Shown: positions 24,088 through 37,230, counted from the first letter of the stretch. The stretch is 64,000 bases of DNA from Takakia lepidozioides (GCA_030704615.1 CM060732.1:40734001-40798000); one strand, 5' to 3'. Translations and numbers: made by a program. Notes: generated by a model from the sequence alone, not told the origin.

Positions 24088-25178
24088 CAGTGTTGGGCGG
24101 GTATATGAATTACCCTGATATACCCGGGTATATCAGGGTAATTCATATATATATACCCTGGTGTGGCAAGTTTAGGTACCCCGATGTATACCCTTGTATA
24201 GGGTATATTTTTATGGTATACCCTTATATCAGGGTATATTTTTATCCTTATATTTACCCTGCATCAAGACACTCAATATACCATACTTTTCTGAAGGGTA
24301 TATGTTGAAATGAAGGGTATATCTAATCAGGGTATATAAGGGCCTTTATGTGCCTTCATAGGCTTTATGTGCTAGGTCTTTTCTCTTTTTGTTGTGTTGT
24401 TAGGGAGCCTTGAGCTATAAGAAAGCTCCAATCACAGCTAAAACAAATGCTGCATATATATCATTCCTAAAATGTCATATAACCCAAACAATACCTCTTC
24501 AGATCTCGCATATATATATATATATATAAAAGGAACATGACAGCCCATAATTTAGGTCCTTGATGGAGGGATTTTTTATTTTTTTATTTTAAAGGAAACC
24601 TGGGAGCATCAGCCCTTGAGGAGGGGGAAAGATTAACCCCCTTTCATTTATAGGCCATGAGACCTTTAGGACCGAGACATACGTCACGGACAATCCCACA
24701 CACGGGGGCAGGGCAGCGGGTTCGACCCCCAACCACAAGAGCGACACATAGTGTGCACTTGCCAGCTGAGCTACCAGCCGATGTGTTTTTTTTTTAATCT
24801 CAAACCTCCTCCATCTTGCATTGGAGATTAACACCAAAATATTATGCAATATCTTATCAATTTTGCCTTTTACCATAGATTGTTTTCTTTGTGTTTTGTA
24901 CATATTGAAGAATATCATATATTTTTTAAAACCATTAAATTATATGAAATAGCTATCCATACCCGGAAACTATTCATACCCTCAGGGTATATTTTTGGCA
25001 TATATATCCATACCCGGGGGTTATATAGAAATCTGAAAAGTTAATTTACCCATACCCGGAGGGTAAATAATTTTTTGAGATTTCAAATTTATCCATACCC
25101 GGAGGGTAAATGATTTGACAAAAATAATTTACTTATACCCTAAGGGTATATTGAAATCAATATACCCGCACAACACTG
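24088..25178. mobile_element. hAT-type non-autonomous element nested in the LINE relic
   Basis: TIRs CAGTGTTGGGCGGGTATAT / ATATACCCGCACAACACTG; many ATACCC/GGGTAT subterminal repeats; 8-bp ATGCAAAC at 24070-24077 and 25179-25186 (the left copy is separated from the TIR by 10 nt). Confidence 0.85.
24571..24782 (-). mobile_element. tRNA-derived SINE nested in the hAT element
   Basis: Minus strand: A box TAGCTCAGCTGG, B box GGGTCGAACCC at tRNA-like spacing, a unique body of about 120 nt and an A-rich tail AAAATAAAAAAATAAAAAA. Confidence 0.75.
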
Positions 25179-26406
25179 ATGCAAACCCAGGGACCTTCTA
25201 AGCTTATACTGCAACCACTTAGAAAAATAATCATATTAATAACACAAACTACCATTCTGACACAAACTACACCAATTTCTGAAAAAACTTTAATCCAACT
25301 TAGTCTGACTCCTAGTACGACAAACTCTTTTTATCCCACCAACCAGTAATGGCTATGTATTCATACCTTTTATGCCCACTTCCACACTCAAGCAGCGCAT
25401 TATTAAAACACAAAAAATTGGACAAGTTGCCACAAAACTAGTCTATATACTCTGGTATTCAAATAAATTAGAACCCTATGAAATCACCCGGAGCATGTCA
25501 ATCACTAACCCCCAAATCAACACCCCATATAGACCCTCAAGCTGCAGTAATGACACTGCAACCTTGATTAACATTCATATCAATTTGTCGACCATATATT
25601 GCTGTATACCCACTCCACAAATTAATCCGGACCTGCCTGTTGCTCATGGCATAGTCGCACCACTCCCAATTACCCATCTACAAACGAAAATGCTCCTTGA
25701 GCCGTCTACCCATATTCCTTATCTCCTCCAGCACTTCGGATGTATCACTGCTACATCTTTAATTTCTGATATCCCTCACTATTGCAGAATACATAAGGAA
25801 AATAATTCCAAATGGCAAAACAGGTCATATCCCAAACTCAACACATCTATATTCAACTATTCACCACAAATACCGATAATACCCAAGGGTAGATTACATA
25901 ATAAACCCTACATCTCCAATAAAGCAAACCATAAATTACAAAGATGGATGTATACCTATAACAACAACCACTTAAATATACAGCTCATCCGATGTGGGGA
26001 TATCCACCCCAATCCAGGACCCTCGAACACAAACCGCCATGTAAGACCTCCCATACCAAATACAATACAGTACAATCAATTGTCCACCTTTTACCTAAGG
26101 CAGCCAAGACAAGATGTGTATGTACTTCTACCCTGCTACAACTACTCTTAAACATGAATACAAACATCTTCAAGAAAATTTCAGCTTGTACCTCCCTAAA
26201 CCTACTTACACCTTGAACCTAAATAACCCTGATGCACCCCCCTATGGTATAGCCACATCAGAATACCCACTCCTAGCCATCACTAGCTATAAGCTACGAA
26301 GTCACCCTATAGACCACGTGCTTTCTGTTTACATTATATGTATATCCCCAAAGCCAAAATTGTGTAATATCCCCCTTTCCGAACGCCTACAGACCCGCAT
26401 GTTAGC

Positions 26407-27061
26407 TAGGGGAAGTCACTCGGCATGAATTCCAAACCATGTGCGATAAAACATAGGGTCCAACAAATTCTTAAAAACAAAAAAATTCTAAAAGATTTAA
26501 TTTTAACAAAGGGTTGTGGTATTATGAAGATGATATTTATAAATTAAAAAAATGGGTATTTTTTACCTTTGTGTTACAATTTTTTTTAAATATATGGGAA
26601 GAAGATAAAAATGGGGGGGGGGGGTTGTAGAGCTAGGATTCCCTTCACCATTATGATTCCGCTGGGCGGATGAACGTAAATAGGCGACTATGGATAAAGT
26701 ATGAGTGAATGGGTTTAACAACTTGTATGTGTTAGATAGTAACGATGCAGACTCATTGAATGAGTTTGTTAGTGAACGACAGTAGGCCATATTGGCTTGA
26801 ATAAAATTAATGTATTTGTTTGTTGTGCATGTGTTGCTAACCCCCCCCCCCCCCCCTTCAAAATTGAACTAGTAAATTTGGGTGCTAATAAAATAATCTA
26901 ATTTTTTATAATTCAAAAAAGGGTGTCTACAAAAGATCTGTATTACAAAATTATGTAATGCAAGGGTACCAAAAATAAATAAATAACCAAATAATACCCC
27001 CCAACTATATACCCTTTGTTCGCAGATGGTAACAAAGTTTTATAATGAGTGACCTCTCCGG
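26407..27061. mobile_element. AT-rich non-autonomous TIR element (Mutator-like by TSD length) nested in the LINE ORF
   Basis: Imperfect TIRs GGGGAAGTCACTC / GAGTGACCTCTCC; 10-bp TSD GCATGTTAGC (26397-26406) / GCATGTTAAC (27062-27071). Removing it joins ...ERLQTRML to TTLSKLRT... in frame. Confidence 0.75.
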
Positions 27062-30000
27062 GCATGTTAACCACATTATCAAAACTTCGTACATTGTCGG
27101 AACACCCCTCACAGTACAAAGCCCCACCACATCCCTTACAGCACATCCAAGACTCGCTAGATACACTGCAAACTCCACTAAGCCAGGTGCACCAACTTCA
27201 ACTTACAACGTATATAAAATCCCTATCCCCGACATCTCCTCCTACTATCCAGAATATTCATGATACGTTTCCCTTCATCTCCCAAGACATTTTATCTGCT
27301 ACCCTTAATACTCTTACTTACCTGCCTAGATATCATACACCAAACCTCACGCCACACTTTGTACCCAATACACCTCCAACACCCATACCACAGTCTGGAT
27401 TCCCACCTCCATACAACCTACCTGAAGACACCATACAAGATAACTTACTAGATCAACCACTACTGGAACGTTGGATCCATTGCCTCCAGCCTTCCTACCC
27501 TGTCACTTATTCTTCAAAACCCATCTCCTCCCCACCTTATACTACTACAAGAAACTAAACTCCGCTCACATTCACCCAGCACATACATCAACAGAATATT
27601 GCAAGACCACCACTTAATCTACGGCAGCCCCCCGTCACCAGAAAAGTATGTCAAACGCCGATCGATACCATACCAGCCATCTAGAGGTGGTGTCATAATG
27701 GGTATACACAAATCCATGCATTCACAACACACAACCTCCAATATTGCCATACCCATGCATCTCAAAGCGCACCTTCAAATAGTTAAAATATACATTAGAC
27801 CATACCCAAATATAAATATTATCCACTTGTACATGCCCTCCCACCCAGACGATATATATCTCATCCCAAATATCCAACAAAAAATAACGTCTTTCACAAA
27901 TGATCCACTCCACTCCACCTCAACAACCCTCCTAGCATGAGACTTCAATAGAGATCTCATCATGCAAGGCAGATTGCACAATGGTGCACACTTCCCCCCC
28001 ACTACTAGGGATCTAACTTTCTCCTATGGACGGCATTGAGATCATACAGGTGGCTTTTACTTTGAGGAGAGCTCATACATGGTTGACTTCATGCGACAGG
28101 GTGCTATTTAGAGAGACTCGAATGGACTGATGTTACTCTGTTTCGTAGCTATAAATCCCCTCAATCTGTCTCTTTGTTTTCATGAGACGCAAATAGCCCC
28201 TTTGCATTGAGTTGTAGTACTGCTTGTCGTACTAATGTTGCCTTTTTATGACTATGAAAAATAAAGTTGTATGCTCCAAGAACAAGAGCTCTGCAAATTT
28301 GGATTAGAACTCTCTTTAACAAGCAGTGGTAGGTGAATGTCTATCACAAAGAATTATGACATTGCAGTAGCAGTTGACGTCATATGAGAGGACAAATAAA
28401 AGAGAGTGTCACACAAGCAAAGTAACCAGAATCTAGCAAGTACATGTATGGATAGCACTTGGCCTTATAGGCGTGATCGCATCGTCCTCTGCAATAACAT
28501 TCCTGATAGCCCAAACCACCCATCCAAACTAATATATCTCAGCCTTTGCACATTTCTGAAAATGAGAAATATGAACTCAAGCCCACTACCCATGTCACTT
28601 AGGCATGCATGTAGCAAAAGTCTGTTCAAATTGAAGTTACAAGGTTGTACATATACAAATCATTTGTTGATAATTTAAAAATTAGGAGTTTTTTGGTCAT
28701 CGGGCGGGGTTGAACAATTGGTACAGGCACAAAAGGAGAGAGAGGACGTCCATTATATTCTTTATAAATTAAAGCTTAGTGTGTTTGAGAATGAAAAAGA
28801 AATAAAAACATGAGAAAGTCAATTAGATCTCATATGCCAAATTTTTATATTTGTTTTTTTACTATCCAAAGCTTCAAAAAAATTTACCTTTTAAAGAAGT
28901 AAAATAGTACTTATGTATAGGAAAACCTAACATATAAACCAAATGTTGGTCTCAAAGAAACCAACAATGTAAAATATTTCGGTACATATATTCTTGGATG
29001 GGATCAGAGATGCCAATTGCTTAGAGTGATTACACAATTGATGTTCTCCAACTACATGCCAAAAAAATGAAAACATTATAAAATATCACAACAATCCTAC
29101 GTGTTTGTTTAATCGGAGAAATAATAATAAATTTGCAACATGGTACGTTGAAACAAAAAGACACACATTTGGAAAATTTATCACACCTTCATAAGCCAAA
29201 ATTTTCAAGTTTTTGCCGTTCATTTTTGTTTCTTACTAAAAAAAACATTTGTGGATTGCTTTCATGGCATAGATGTTGACTATTTATCAACTTTCGAGAT
29301 GAAATGAGAGAGGTAATTACAATAATATCGAGTAGTTACATAATTGCATATAACTACTATTTTATATTATATCAACTCTAATACCATGTTGGAAAACCAC
29401 TGGCGTGTGGTCGGGCTAGGGATTGAGCTCAAACTTGTCACCCATAATTCTTGAGTGTGTCATTGTCACTCAGAAAGTTGACATTACGGTGCATGCATTT
29501 GTTTTTGCAAGTCCAATGGTGCTTACGCTTATTGATGAACAAATTGTTGATTTGTCTGGCATTCAAGTTACAAATGTCTTGGAGATATTGTGTAGTAATA
29601 TGTATGCGCACGACAACTGCATGCATGAGCTCGACAAACGCCTCCTCCAAATTATGTAAAGCGATGATATAGCTGTACATCTGTCCATGGGCATAAAAAA
29701 ACCCGACGGGGGCATATGTCTAGTGAGTGCCCAATTGGACGAATGTCCAACTGTGGTACTCAAGGTAGCGTACAATAAGTCGAAGAGTGCTCTCCTTCAA
29801 GAATTAAAAGATTGGACCTCGAAATGTCTCCATCACAATAATATGGATAACATGATAAATGCCTGTGGAAAGCCGATAATCGATGTGCAAACAATCCATA
29901 TGGATAACATGAGAAATGCATGTGGTGTACCTCTTTTGGAGAAAGTAAGACACCTCAACAAGCACAACCTGAGAACTACGCATTGCAAAGAACCACCACA

Positions 30001-32169
30001 CTGCATGTCTGTTTGTAATGCCAAGCAGTTCTATGTGTTGCACCGTTTTATGAACATCTCATCATTGCAGCGCGAAGATGCGACTACAATCGGTGTGCCA
30101 TGATCTCTCGGTTTAAGTAAGGCTACTAAAAATCATGTATGAAATATGATACGAGCTGTGACTCATGGATAACTCAAAATTCTTGTCTTCGTGCCAGTTT
30201 GTATACTTATCAATGAAACAAATTATCCACATGGTTGAACATTAATGTATATTTATGGCAAAGAAATTACAAAAGATTTCAGTAGTTTAAACACAATGCC
30301 GACACACAAGATGCATAAGATCAAATATATAAGATTGACTAGTGTTTACCAACTCTCGTAACAAGCCCGAGAATATATCTTTATTGTCCTCCATGTGCTT
30401 GAAAATATCTTCGAAACCCTCGGAATGTGCAAACTTATTCCGGCTTAGCATTAATGCTTGCGCACCCTCTGCACATAAACAACACAACTTAGATTGATGA
30501 TATCCATGTTCTATATTCCCTGTTTGGGAGTGGGTACTTACTGTCATGAACCCACCCACCAAGACCCCGATATTCATTTATTTGAACATTGTAAACAAGT
30601 TTGCTACAAAATGCTTCTCTTCCAGACTTCTCCCTCTAAAATGGAGAGTCAAGAGTCCAATGTTTCATAGTCTCGCCAGAAATAGAGTTTGAGAAACTCA
30701 TTAAGGCCCAGTTTACATATGACACATCAATGCATACTATCTTTTCAGCGTGCCCAACCTATTACATTGATACATCTTTCATTTCCCTTCACTGGTGTTT
30801 ATGATATTAAGCTCACTAGTGACAAATGAAAAATCGAAGATTAGTTTAGCGTAGAGCATGAATACATTCCTTAACTATTGTGCGTCATTGTCGTTTTCTG
30901 TTGCAATTGCCTAAACTATCTGAGACTCCCTTATATATACACACACACACAATTAACGTCTTTTTGTCCTCTTAGTATTTAAAAAAACACATACAAGTTA
31001 TGTTGAATTGCTTGATTTTGCAAGTTATGGAAATCATGCATAATGTCAACAAACCTTGTAATTAAATATATGCATAAGAACATCAAACCTATAAATTCTT
31101 CTTTAGGTCACTAGAGATTTCTTTAGGAAGAGAATGTTGGAATGTCTAAAAATATGGATTTGCTAAGATTATGATTATATAATAATTGGTCTTAACATCT
31201 TCTATGCATCAGAATAATCTTCATGCAATTTTATTTTACAAAGAATATTATAATAAATTTGGAATTTTGCCCATTTATAAATTTATGTTATCTCTAATCA
31301 TCAAATGTTGTTACGAATAGCATCATATAACTGACTCTCGGTTGTGGTAACTTCTGTTCAAACATTTGCACAACATGCTCACATTAAGCTCACATTACAT
31401 TCTTTTCAAGCTATAAAAGAACCTCTCGCAACACAATTCGATGGAATTGCTTGATTATAAAAACTAAGCAACATTATCAAACGTTGTAATTAAATTTATG
31501 TAGAATAATATCAACTTCAGAAATGATCAGAATATATGCTACAACATAACTAGGTCGATGTATGTTCAGTAGGGTCGGTTTTGTCTCTTTCAGTGTATAA
31601 ACAATACATGAAGTTGCACGATTGCCGACCCCAGTGAAAGCAATGCCGCAACCAACTTTGCTTGGATATATCATCAGGTCCTCAGTATTATACTCCTGCG
31701 ACATAGCCACTTGGAAGTTGTTTCTCTTGGGTGGTCCGTGATCCTTGCATATAGAACATCCCAAGTGGAATGCTCGTGGAATGCCATATCGTGTGTCAGG
31801 ATATTTGCTCGTGTATATCTGTTTGTGTTTCGTATATTATGACATACCCAATCTTCATGTGAGGGCCAGCTAGTGCCCATAGAATATGCTTCGGAACTGT
31901 GATCACCTTCATACCAAAGATCAGATATTTCTCCCGGTTAAGATTGCTTGCCAGGGACTATGATTGTTTTAAGGATCCACTTAGTTTGGCATCAATAATG
32001 TAAGCAGATGAAGGGTAGCCCATGCTCTCCCTTGCGGACAGCCGGTTTAGCTATGACTTGACTCCAATTGATGTCTTTAAAAAGGAAATAAAGAGCATGT
32101 GGGGGTGTACTAGCATACATCTATATATATTGAGATTTCGTTCTTTTGGGCGCTGTTCATGTGGTTAAC

Positions 32170-32550
32170 ATGAGCGGGTTCAAATTTGTCTACTTTGCCA
32201 GGAGAAATCAAAGGTGTTTACATGCTTCCTAGAGCTCAAGAAGCATGTTGAAACCCAGCTCGGCACCAACATTAAGAAAGTAGGATCGGATAGAGGTCTA
32301 GAATATATGGGGAAGGAGTATGTATGTTATCTAGGGGATGCAGGCATCGTGCATGAAACCATTGCTCATTCCACCCATGAGAAGAATGCAATGGCTGAAC
32401 TAGACAATATGACCATAGTCGAGTGTGCCAAGAGCATGCTTCTCTAGCCAGCTACATACTGAACTATGGGCAGAATCAATAGGACTGGTAGTGCACCTCT
32501 TGAATCGTGTGGCCACGCCAGGGCAAACCCCGTTTGAGGCATGGAGTGGG
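32170..32550 (+). mobile_element. Ty1/copia integrase core relic
   Basis: KKHVETQLGTNIKKVGSDRGLEY...GIVHETIAHSTHEKNAMAELDNMTIVECAKSMLL, then LWAE...LLNR...TPFEAWSG across frameshifts and stops. Confidence 0.85.
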
Positions 32551-33604
32551 TGTTAGTTTTCTGGTTTTTGTGTTCTTACTGCCTCTGGCCTTCCTCGACT
32601 GTTTACAGATTCCCTGGGATATCATAGAGTTTCTTCTTTGTCTTCACTAACCCTGAATTGTAGCTAGCTTCTAAAATCATCTTCCACTTCTAATAGCAAA
32701 CAGAGATGGTCAGATTTCATAAATTCAAAGACTGTATTAAGTGATGCAAATATATGTTGTACTAATTGGAAACACTTGCTAAATAGATCGATTTATACAC
32801 ACACAGAGGTGTGCGTGGGAAAGTCTTAACAATGAGAGGTAACGTGTTGCCCTTGCTCCACATTCCGAGTCCAGATTCATCATAGTCTGCAATCAGGTGG
32901 CTGTGAGGGCCTTTCTCTCTTTGTTTCTGACATTAATGTCCTTGCTTCTGCCTCTCCAGTCCCAGAGAAAGCTGAGAGATCATTGAGAAATATATCATGT
33001 CGACAGGAGGGCCAAAGGGGCTACAAGTCACTGAAAAGAACACAAAAAACTTCAGATAGAGTCAAATCCCAAACATCACAGAAAAAGAAAGAAGGATTCA
33101 ACCCATTTATTCTTACCCCTTGTCGACAGTGCTTGTGCAGAGTCGGGTAGAGCCACGCACTAGTGTATTTCATCTGGACTCATCCGTAACACTTGCACAC
33201 AACCAATGGCAATCTAGTTACAACGAATTGAGGGTATTCAATGTACTTGTAAGCTGCTGGAGTAGACATCCGCCATGAAACATAACTGTGATGGAGCTGC
33301 ATATGGTAGAGGCCAAATTGACCGTGCTGAGAACACTATCATATCGTAACCTGTTTATCGTATGCCATAGTCGATGTGCTTTGTGTTAACAAATGCTCTC
33401 TGCCCCCACCCACCCTTCCCCTTCGGTATTTTCCTCCCATAGATCTATAGATATTGGCCAAATAGGAGAAGGATGCCAAGTGAGTTGCACTGAAAGGAAT
33501 TAAAATTTCCGAGTAAGAATAAGTTCGGGCGGAAAATAAAAACACTCAGCAAATTGACCTATCATATGTACATATTATCTGCTTGCAGAGGAACAAATAC
33601 CCCG

Positions 33605-33830
33605 GGGCCTATTGTTTTGACCTGTTGTTCAAGATCAAAAGCTGAAGCTTTTCCAGACAATTGATAAGTCTATTGCCGAACTTGGAGTTTTGCTCATCCT
33701 CGCCAAAATGCCCAATGACGTCGTCTTGTTGTAGACCCTTGCCCACCCAGGCATTTAAGTCACCTATCAAGACCATATGACCTCTGGTGAGGAACTTACT
33801 CCGATATCGGCTACACGTGGAAGCTGAACT
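33605..33830 (-). mobile_element. LINE APE endonuclease fragment (RTE/RTEX type)
   Basis: MVLIGDLNAWVGK...VIGHFGEDEQNSKFGNRLINCLEKLQLLILNNR matches the GD(L/F)NARVG...IGxFG...NGxRL APE motifs. Confidence 0.8.
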
Positions 33831-34203
33831 CATCAACATGGTATTTCCTAGGAAGGAAGTGAGGCCCCAATGTCATTGTTCCGTTATGAAAGTGCACGAC
33901 AGTGCGAAGAAGTAATAAGTACCATCACCATTCATCCCAACTTGAGCTTTTGCAACGCCGATGGCAGTTCCTCAATGCTCGCCAAAGCTCTCCAGGCTGC
34001 CCCAACTTCAGCTAAATAGGAATGGCCGGGTTTTACAAACAATATGGTAAAGACTGGTCATAGCAAGCTGGAATGGGAGTAATGAGAGCATCGTATGGGT
34101 GCATGACATGGTTCAACGAACAACGCGGTTGTTGCCCTCTAGTCCCTTTTATAAACCATATCCAAATATTTCTCAGCGAGTTGCAGTAAACTTTTCATTT
34201 CGA

Positions 34204-34225
34204 CCCGCCTTGTTGCGGGCACTAG
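34204..34225 (+). mobile_element. Possible Helitron 3' terminus
   Basis: Hairpin CCCGC-CTTGTT-GCGGG followed by CACTAG|T. The spacing is shorter than canonical and no 5' end was identified. Confidence 0.3.
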
Positions 34226-34381
34226 TGTTGTAGAAATTTTGCAAAGCATGTAATTTTCTCTTTTTTAATGTTACATTATCATTAAAAAAAATCTTTCAAA
34301 TGGTTTATTATTAATTTGTTTAATTAAATATTTTTTAATTTTAAAGGAGGGCTCCTTGTTCTTAGAAAATTTATTGAAAAC

Positions 34382-34705
34382 ATGAAATGAAATGGTGCTC
34401 TATAACGTCCGCGGAAAGCTCATAGAGCTTATGGGACAAAATGGAAAGAAAAACATGAGAGAAAACATGAAACCAGAGTCAAAGTAAAGAACTATTGTTC
34501 GAGTGATTGCCTAAGGGTGAATGCCTCGAGTAGGTAGGCTGCCAAGCATTTCTGATCTTCATAGTGAAAGAATTCAGTGAGAGATTGGGTTCCACGGAAT
34601 AGACAATGGAATCTCCCACGGATCTCATAGTATAGAGGGCAATAGAAGAAGTGTTCTTCAGTTTCAATTTCCTGGTTGCGCCCTGTGCAAGCTGGACAGA
34701 GGCAT
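34382..34705 (-). mobile_element. RTEX-like LINE 3' fragment
   Basis: Encodes [69 protein letters not shown], followed by the conserved 3' UTR and (ATTTC)n tail. Confidence 0.85.
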
Positions 34706-35974
34706 GATGAATGATGAATGATGAATAATGAACCGGCTATTTGATCCTGCAGACTACTCCCCCATCCCAAAGTTGCGTATATGCCCATTTCCTGCGGGTG
34801 TGTTCTTTTGATTTTTTTTTTGAGAGAGAAAGGCGACATAGGCCCTTTTAGTCAAATTAAATGAAGAAACAGTCACAAAAGGTGGAAAAAATAACCACCC
34901 TGGGGGCCTTGAAGGCTTACTGTGTGGAAACTAGAAACTACCCCTTGACCCTAGCACACTAGCCAAGCAGCAGAACTGAAGAAGAGAACCTAGGGGAAAT
35001 GAGAATGCTGGAGGCTAAAGCAGCGCAAAATTTTCGTATAGCTAGAGCTATAAGGGAGGTATCATCCAAGAGGATCTATACCCTGGCATGAAGAGGCAAT
35101 ATGCAAACAGCAGGGTGGTGTGCATGGGATGCAGAGAGTGATCCAGGGAGAAGTCAGTCGTGTCAATGGGATGCAGTTCTCAAACACAAATAAGCAGGGA
35201 AGTCGATTAAGCATTGGGAACATAGTTTAGAAATTATAAGCATCCGCACCATTGCAACTCAATCAAAACTATTCCATGATTGTTCCCTTGGGACTCTTTG
35301 TTTTGGTTTCGGGCAGTGGGTAGATATATATATATATTATAACGCCAACCTAAGGAGACGTTTTTGAGGTGGCCCACCCAAAAAATTAGCTAGCCGTTGA
35401 AGGGTTTAGCTTGACTACATTTATCATTCTTATCAAATTTTGACGGTAATAAAATTACCTATTTAGGATGCCAGCTAGTGCCAAATTTTGTTTGTAGGCA
35501 AGACAAAAGGCCACGTTGATAGGTTTTGGCTAAACCTTAATACCTTTATAGCAAAAAAGCCATATTATTCATATATATAAATTGAATATTAATTTTAAAT
35601 TCCCTTCAATAATCTTAATAAAGCTCTCAAGGGCTTCCCCTTTTTAGCTTGTTGATGTAATGCTCATGTCATTCCTATTATACCAAGATAGGAAAAAGCA
35701 TGGAACAACTATTGCCCATCAAAAATAGAAGATAGGAGAGATAGAAATGAAAAAAATATTTGGTCCCTAGTGGGTTTACACTTTAGACTTAGGGGCCAAA
35801 TCATTATATTCTTTCGAAGTTCAAAGCTTAAGGAGGGCGCTGGGACTCATCTTGGCAATGAAATCTTGGCCTGGGCCTTTACTGTAAAGCGGGGCGAAGG
35901 CGAGTGCCCATGGAACCTGGCCCTGAAGCTCTCCTAACTGCTACTGGCAGTTTGCAAATTCGGACCCTTTTCAA

Positions 35975-36761
35975 CCCCTAACCGACGACGCGACCCGAGC
36001 GTCAGTTTTTCGCCACGCTCCAGTTTGATAGTGGATGATAGTGGATGGAAGTGAACCCTGAAGATAAAGTGCGGATGTCAGAGAGGAGCATGTGTGGGAA
36101 TTTACATGGCCAAAAAATCATAAAGGCTCTACTCCCTAGGAAATTTCAAAGTGCCAAGGGGTCAGAAAATCCAGTGTTAGAGCACCATTGACCTGCCTAC
36201 GTGGCAGCCAAATGGGCAATCTTCAAAATAACATCTAGGGCTGAAAATTTATCATAATCCCAAATTTTTGGGACAGGCACTATGAAATGTTACTGGGCAC
36301 TCTTACTTACCAGAGGAATTGGAAAACAAATATCATCTCATGGGTGTAATTGTGAAAGAAGCCAAAACAAGACAATTTACCCCCCCCATATTTCACATAC
36401 AAAGCAGCCTATCTGAAGTTTTGGAATTTCGGTCTGATTTTTGTGGGAGGCAGTGGTTTAGGTGCCATATAATCAGATTATGGAGGGCCTTTGTCTAGGA
36501 AGATTCAACTCGATACTGTAATTTTATGGTCAAACAATTTTTTGCGTGCAATTTTTGAATAATATTTACAAATTAGGGCATATTATTTTGTTATAATCTC
36601 AATTTGCCTACATTTTTTACAGGATGTGTACATAGTAGATATGCCACATAAGTATAAGGTTCATCCACCTGGATGATTGGGGGTAAGAAGTTACACCCCC
36701 ATCCATAAGTGTATATACTCTTTTCAGTGGGCCCACCAAAAAATAGCTCGTCCTTTAAGGG
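35975..36761. mobile_element. piggyBac-like (TTAA-target) non-autonomous element
   Basis: Left end TCAA|CCCCTAACCGACGACGC, right end GCTCGTCCTTTAAGGG|TTAA. A diverged copy of the right end lies at about 35355-35408 and a related left end at 63870. Confidence 0.6.
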
Positions 36762-37230
36762 TTAAAGAGGGGAAAGTGATAATAGCTTTTTCTTTTTCTT
36801 TTTCAAAGGGAAAAAAATTAAAAGACCTACTTATAGTGAGAGGAGAAAATAGGCTGTTTCACAGTAATAGCCAACATGGCACATCTATCCGTACACTCTA
36901 TTGAGCTCATCATCTTCCCCGACTCATCAAGTGTGGGAAGATACCATAAAGCTCAACTCTGCGAATTCGCTTGTTGTGTGCACGAATTCTTCTCTTCTAG
37001 CTTACTTACGTCTCTCCGTGCATTCAACCCTTTTCCTGTTCCTGTCTCTGACTGGAATAGCAGTGTTGGTGCTGGATTCAACGGGACTCTCCCTGCTCAC
37101 TGATCTGTCTCTGGCCCACTTTGGGTTTACCCTGCTGTGCACTCTGTGATTGGGTCGGTTGATGCTCACTAGGCGAGTGCAAGGTTGCTAGGAGAGGTGG
37201 GTGTGAATTGGATTGGCAGCACACGTGGTC

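Larger units (their letters stand above)
20700..28000 (+). mobile_element. Large decayed non-LTR retrotransposon (A/C-rich sense strand) with a 2A-like motif and an APE endonuclease, interrupted by nested elements
   Basis: Continuous A/C strand bias; internal duplications (about 20812-20950 vs 20993-21130, and 21480-21760 vs 22100-22320); GDIHPNPGP at 25996-26022; APE motifs YWNVGS (from 27461), ILLQET, SRGGV, HLYMP and LLA*DFNRDL (TGA replaces the G of GDFN at 27938-27940). No RT domain remains. That 20700-25300 belongs to the same element is inferred from composition only. Confidence 0.7.

Noticed and set aside
24700-24782. Functional tRNA gene on the minus strand
   Set aside because: It has A and B boxes but continues into a unique body and an A-rich tail inside a transposon, which fits a SINE.
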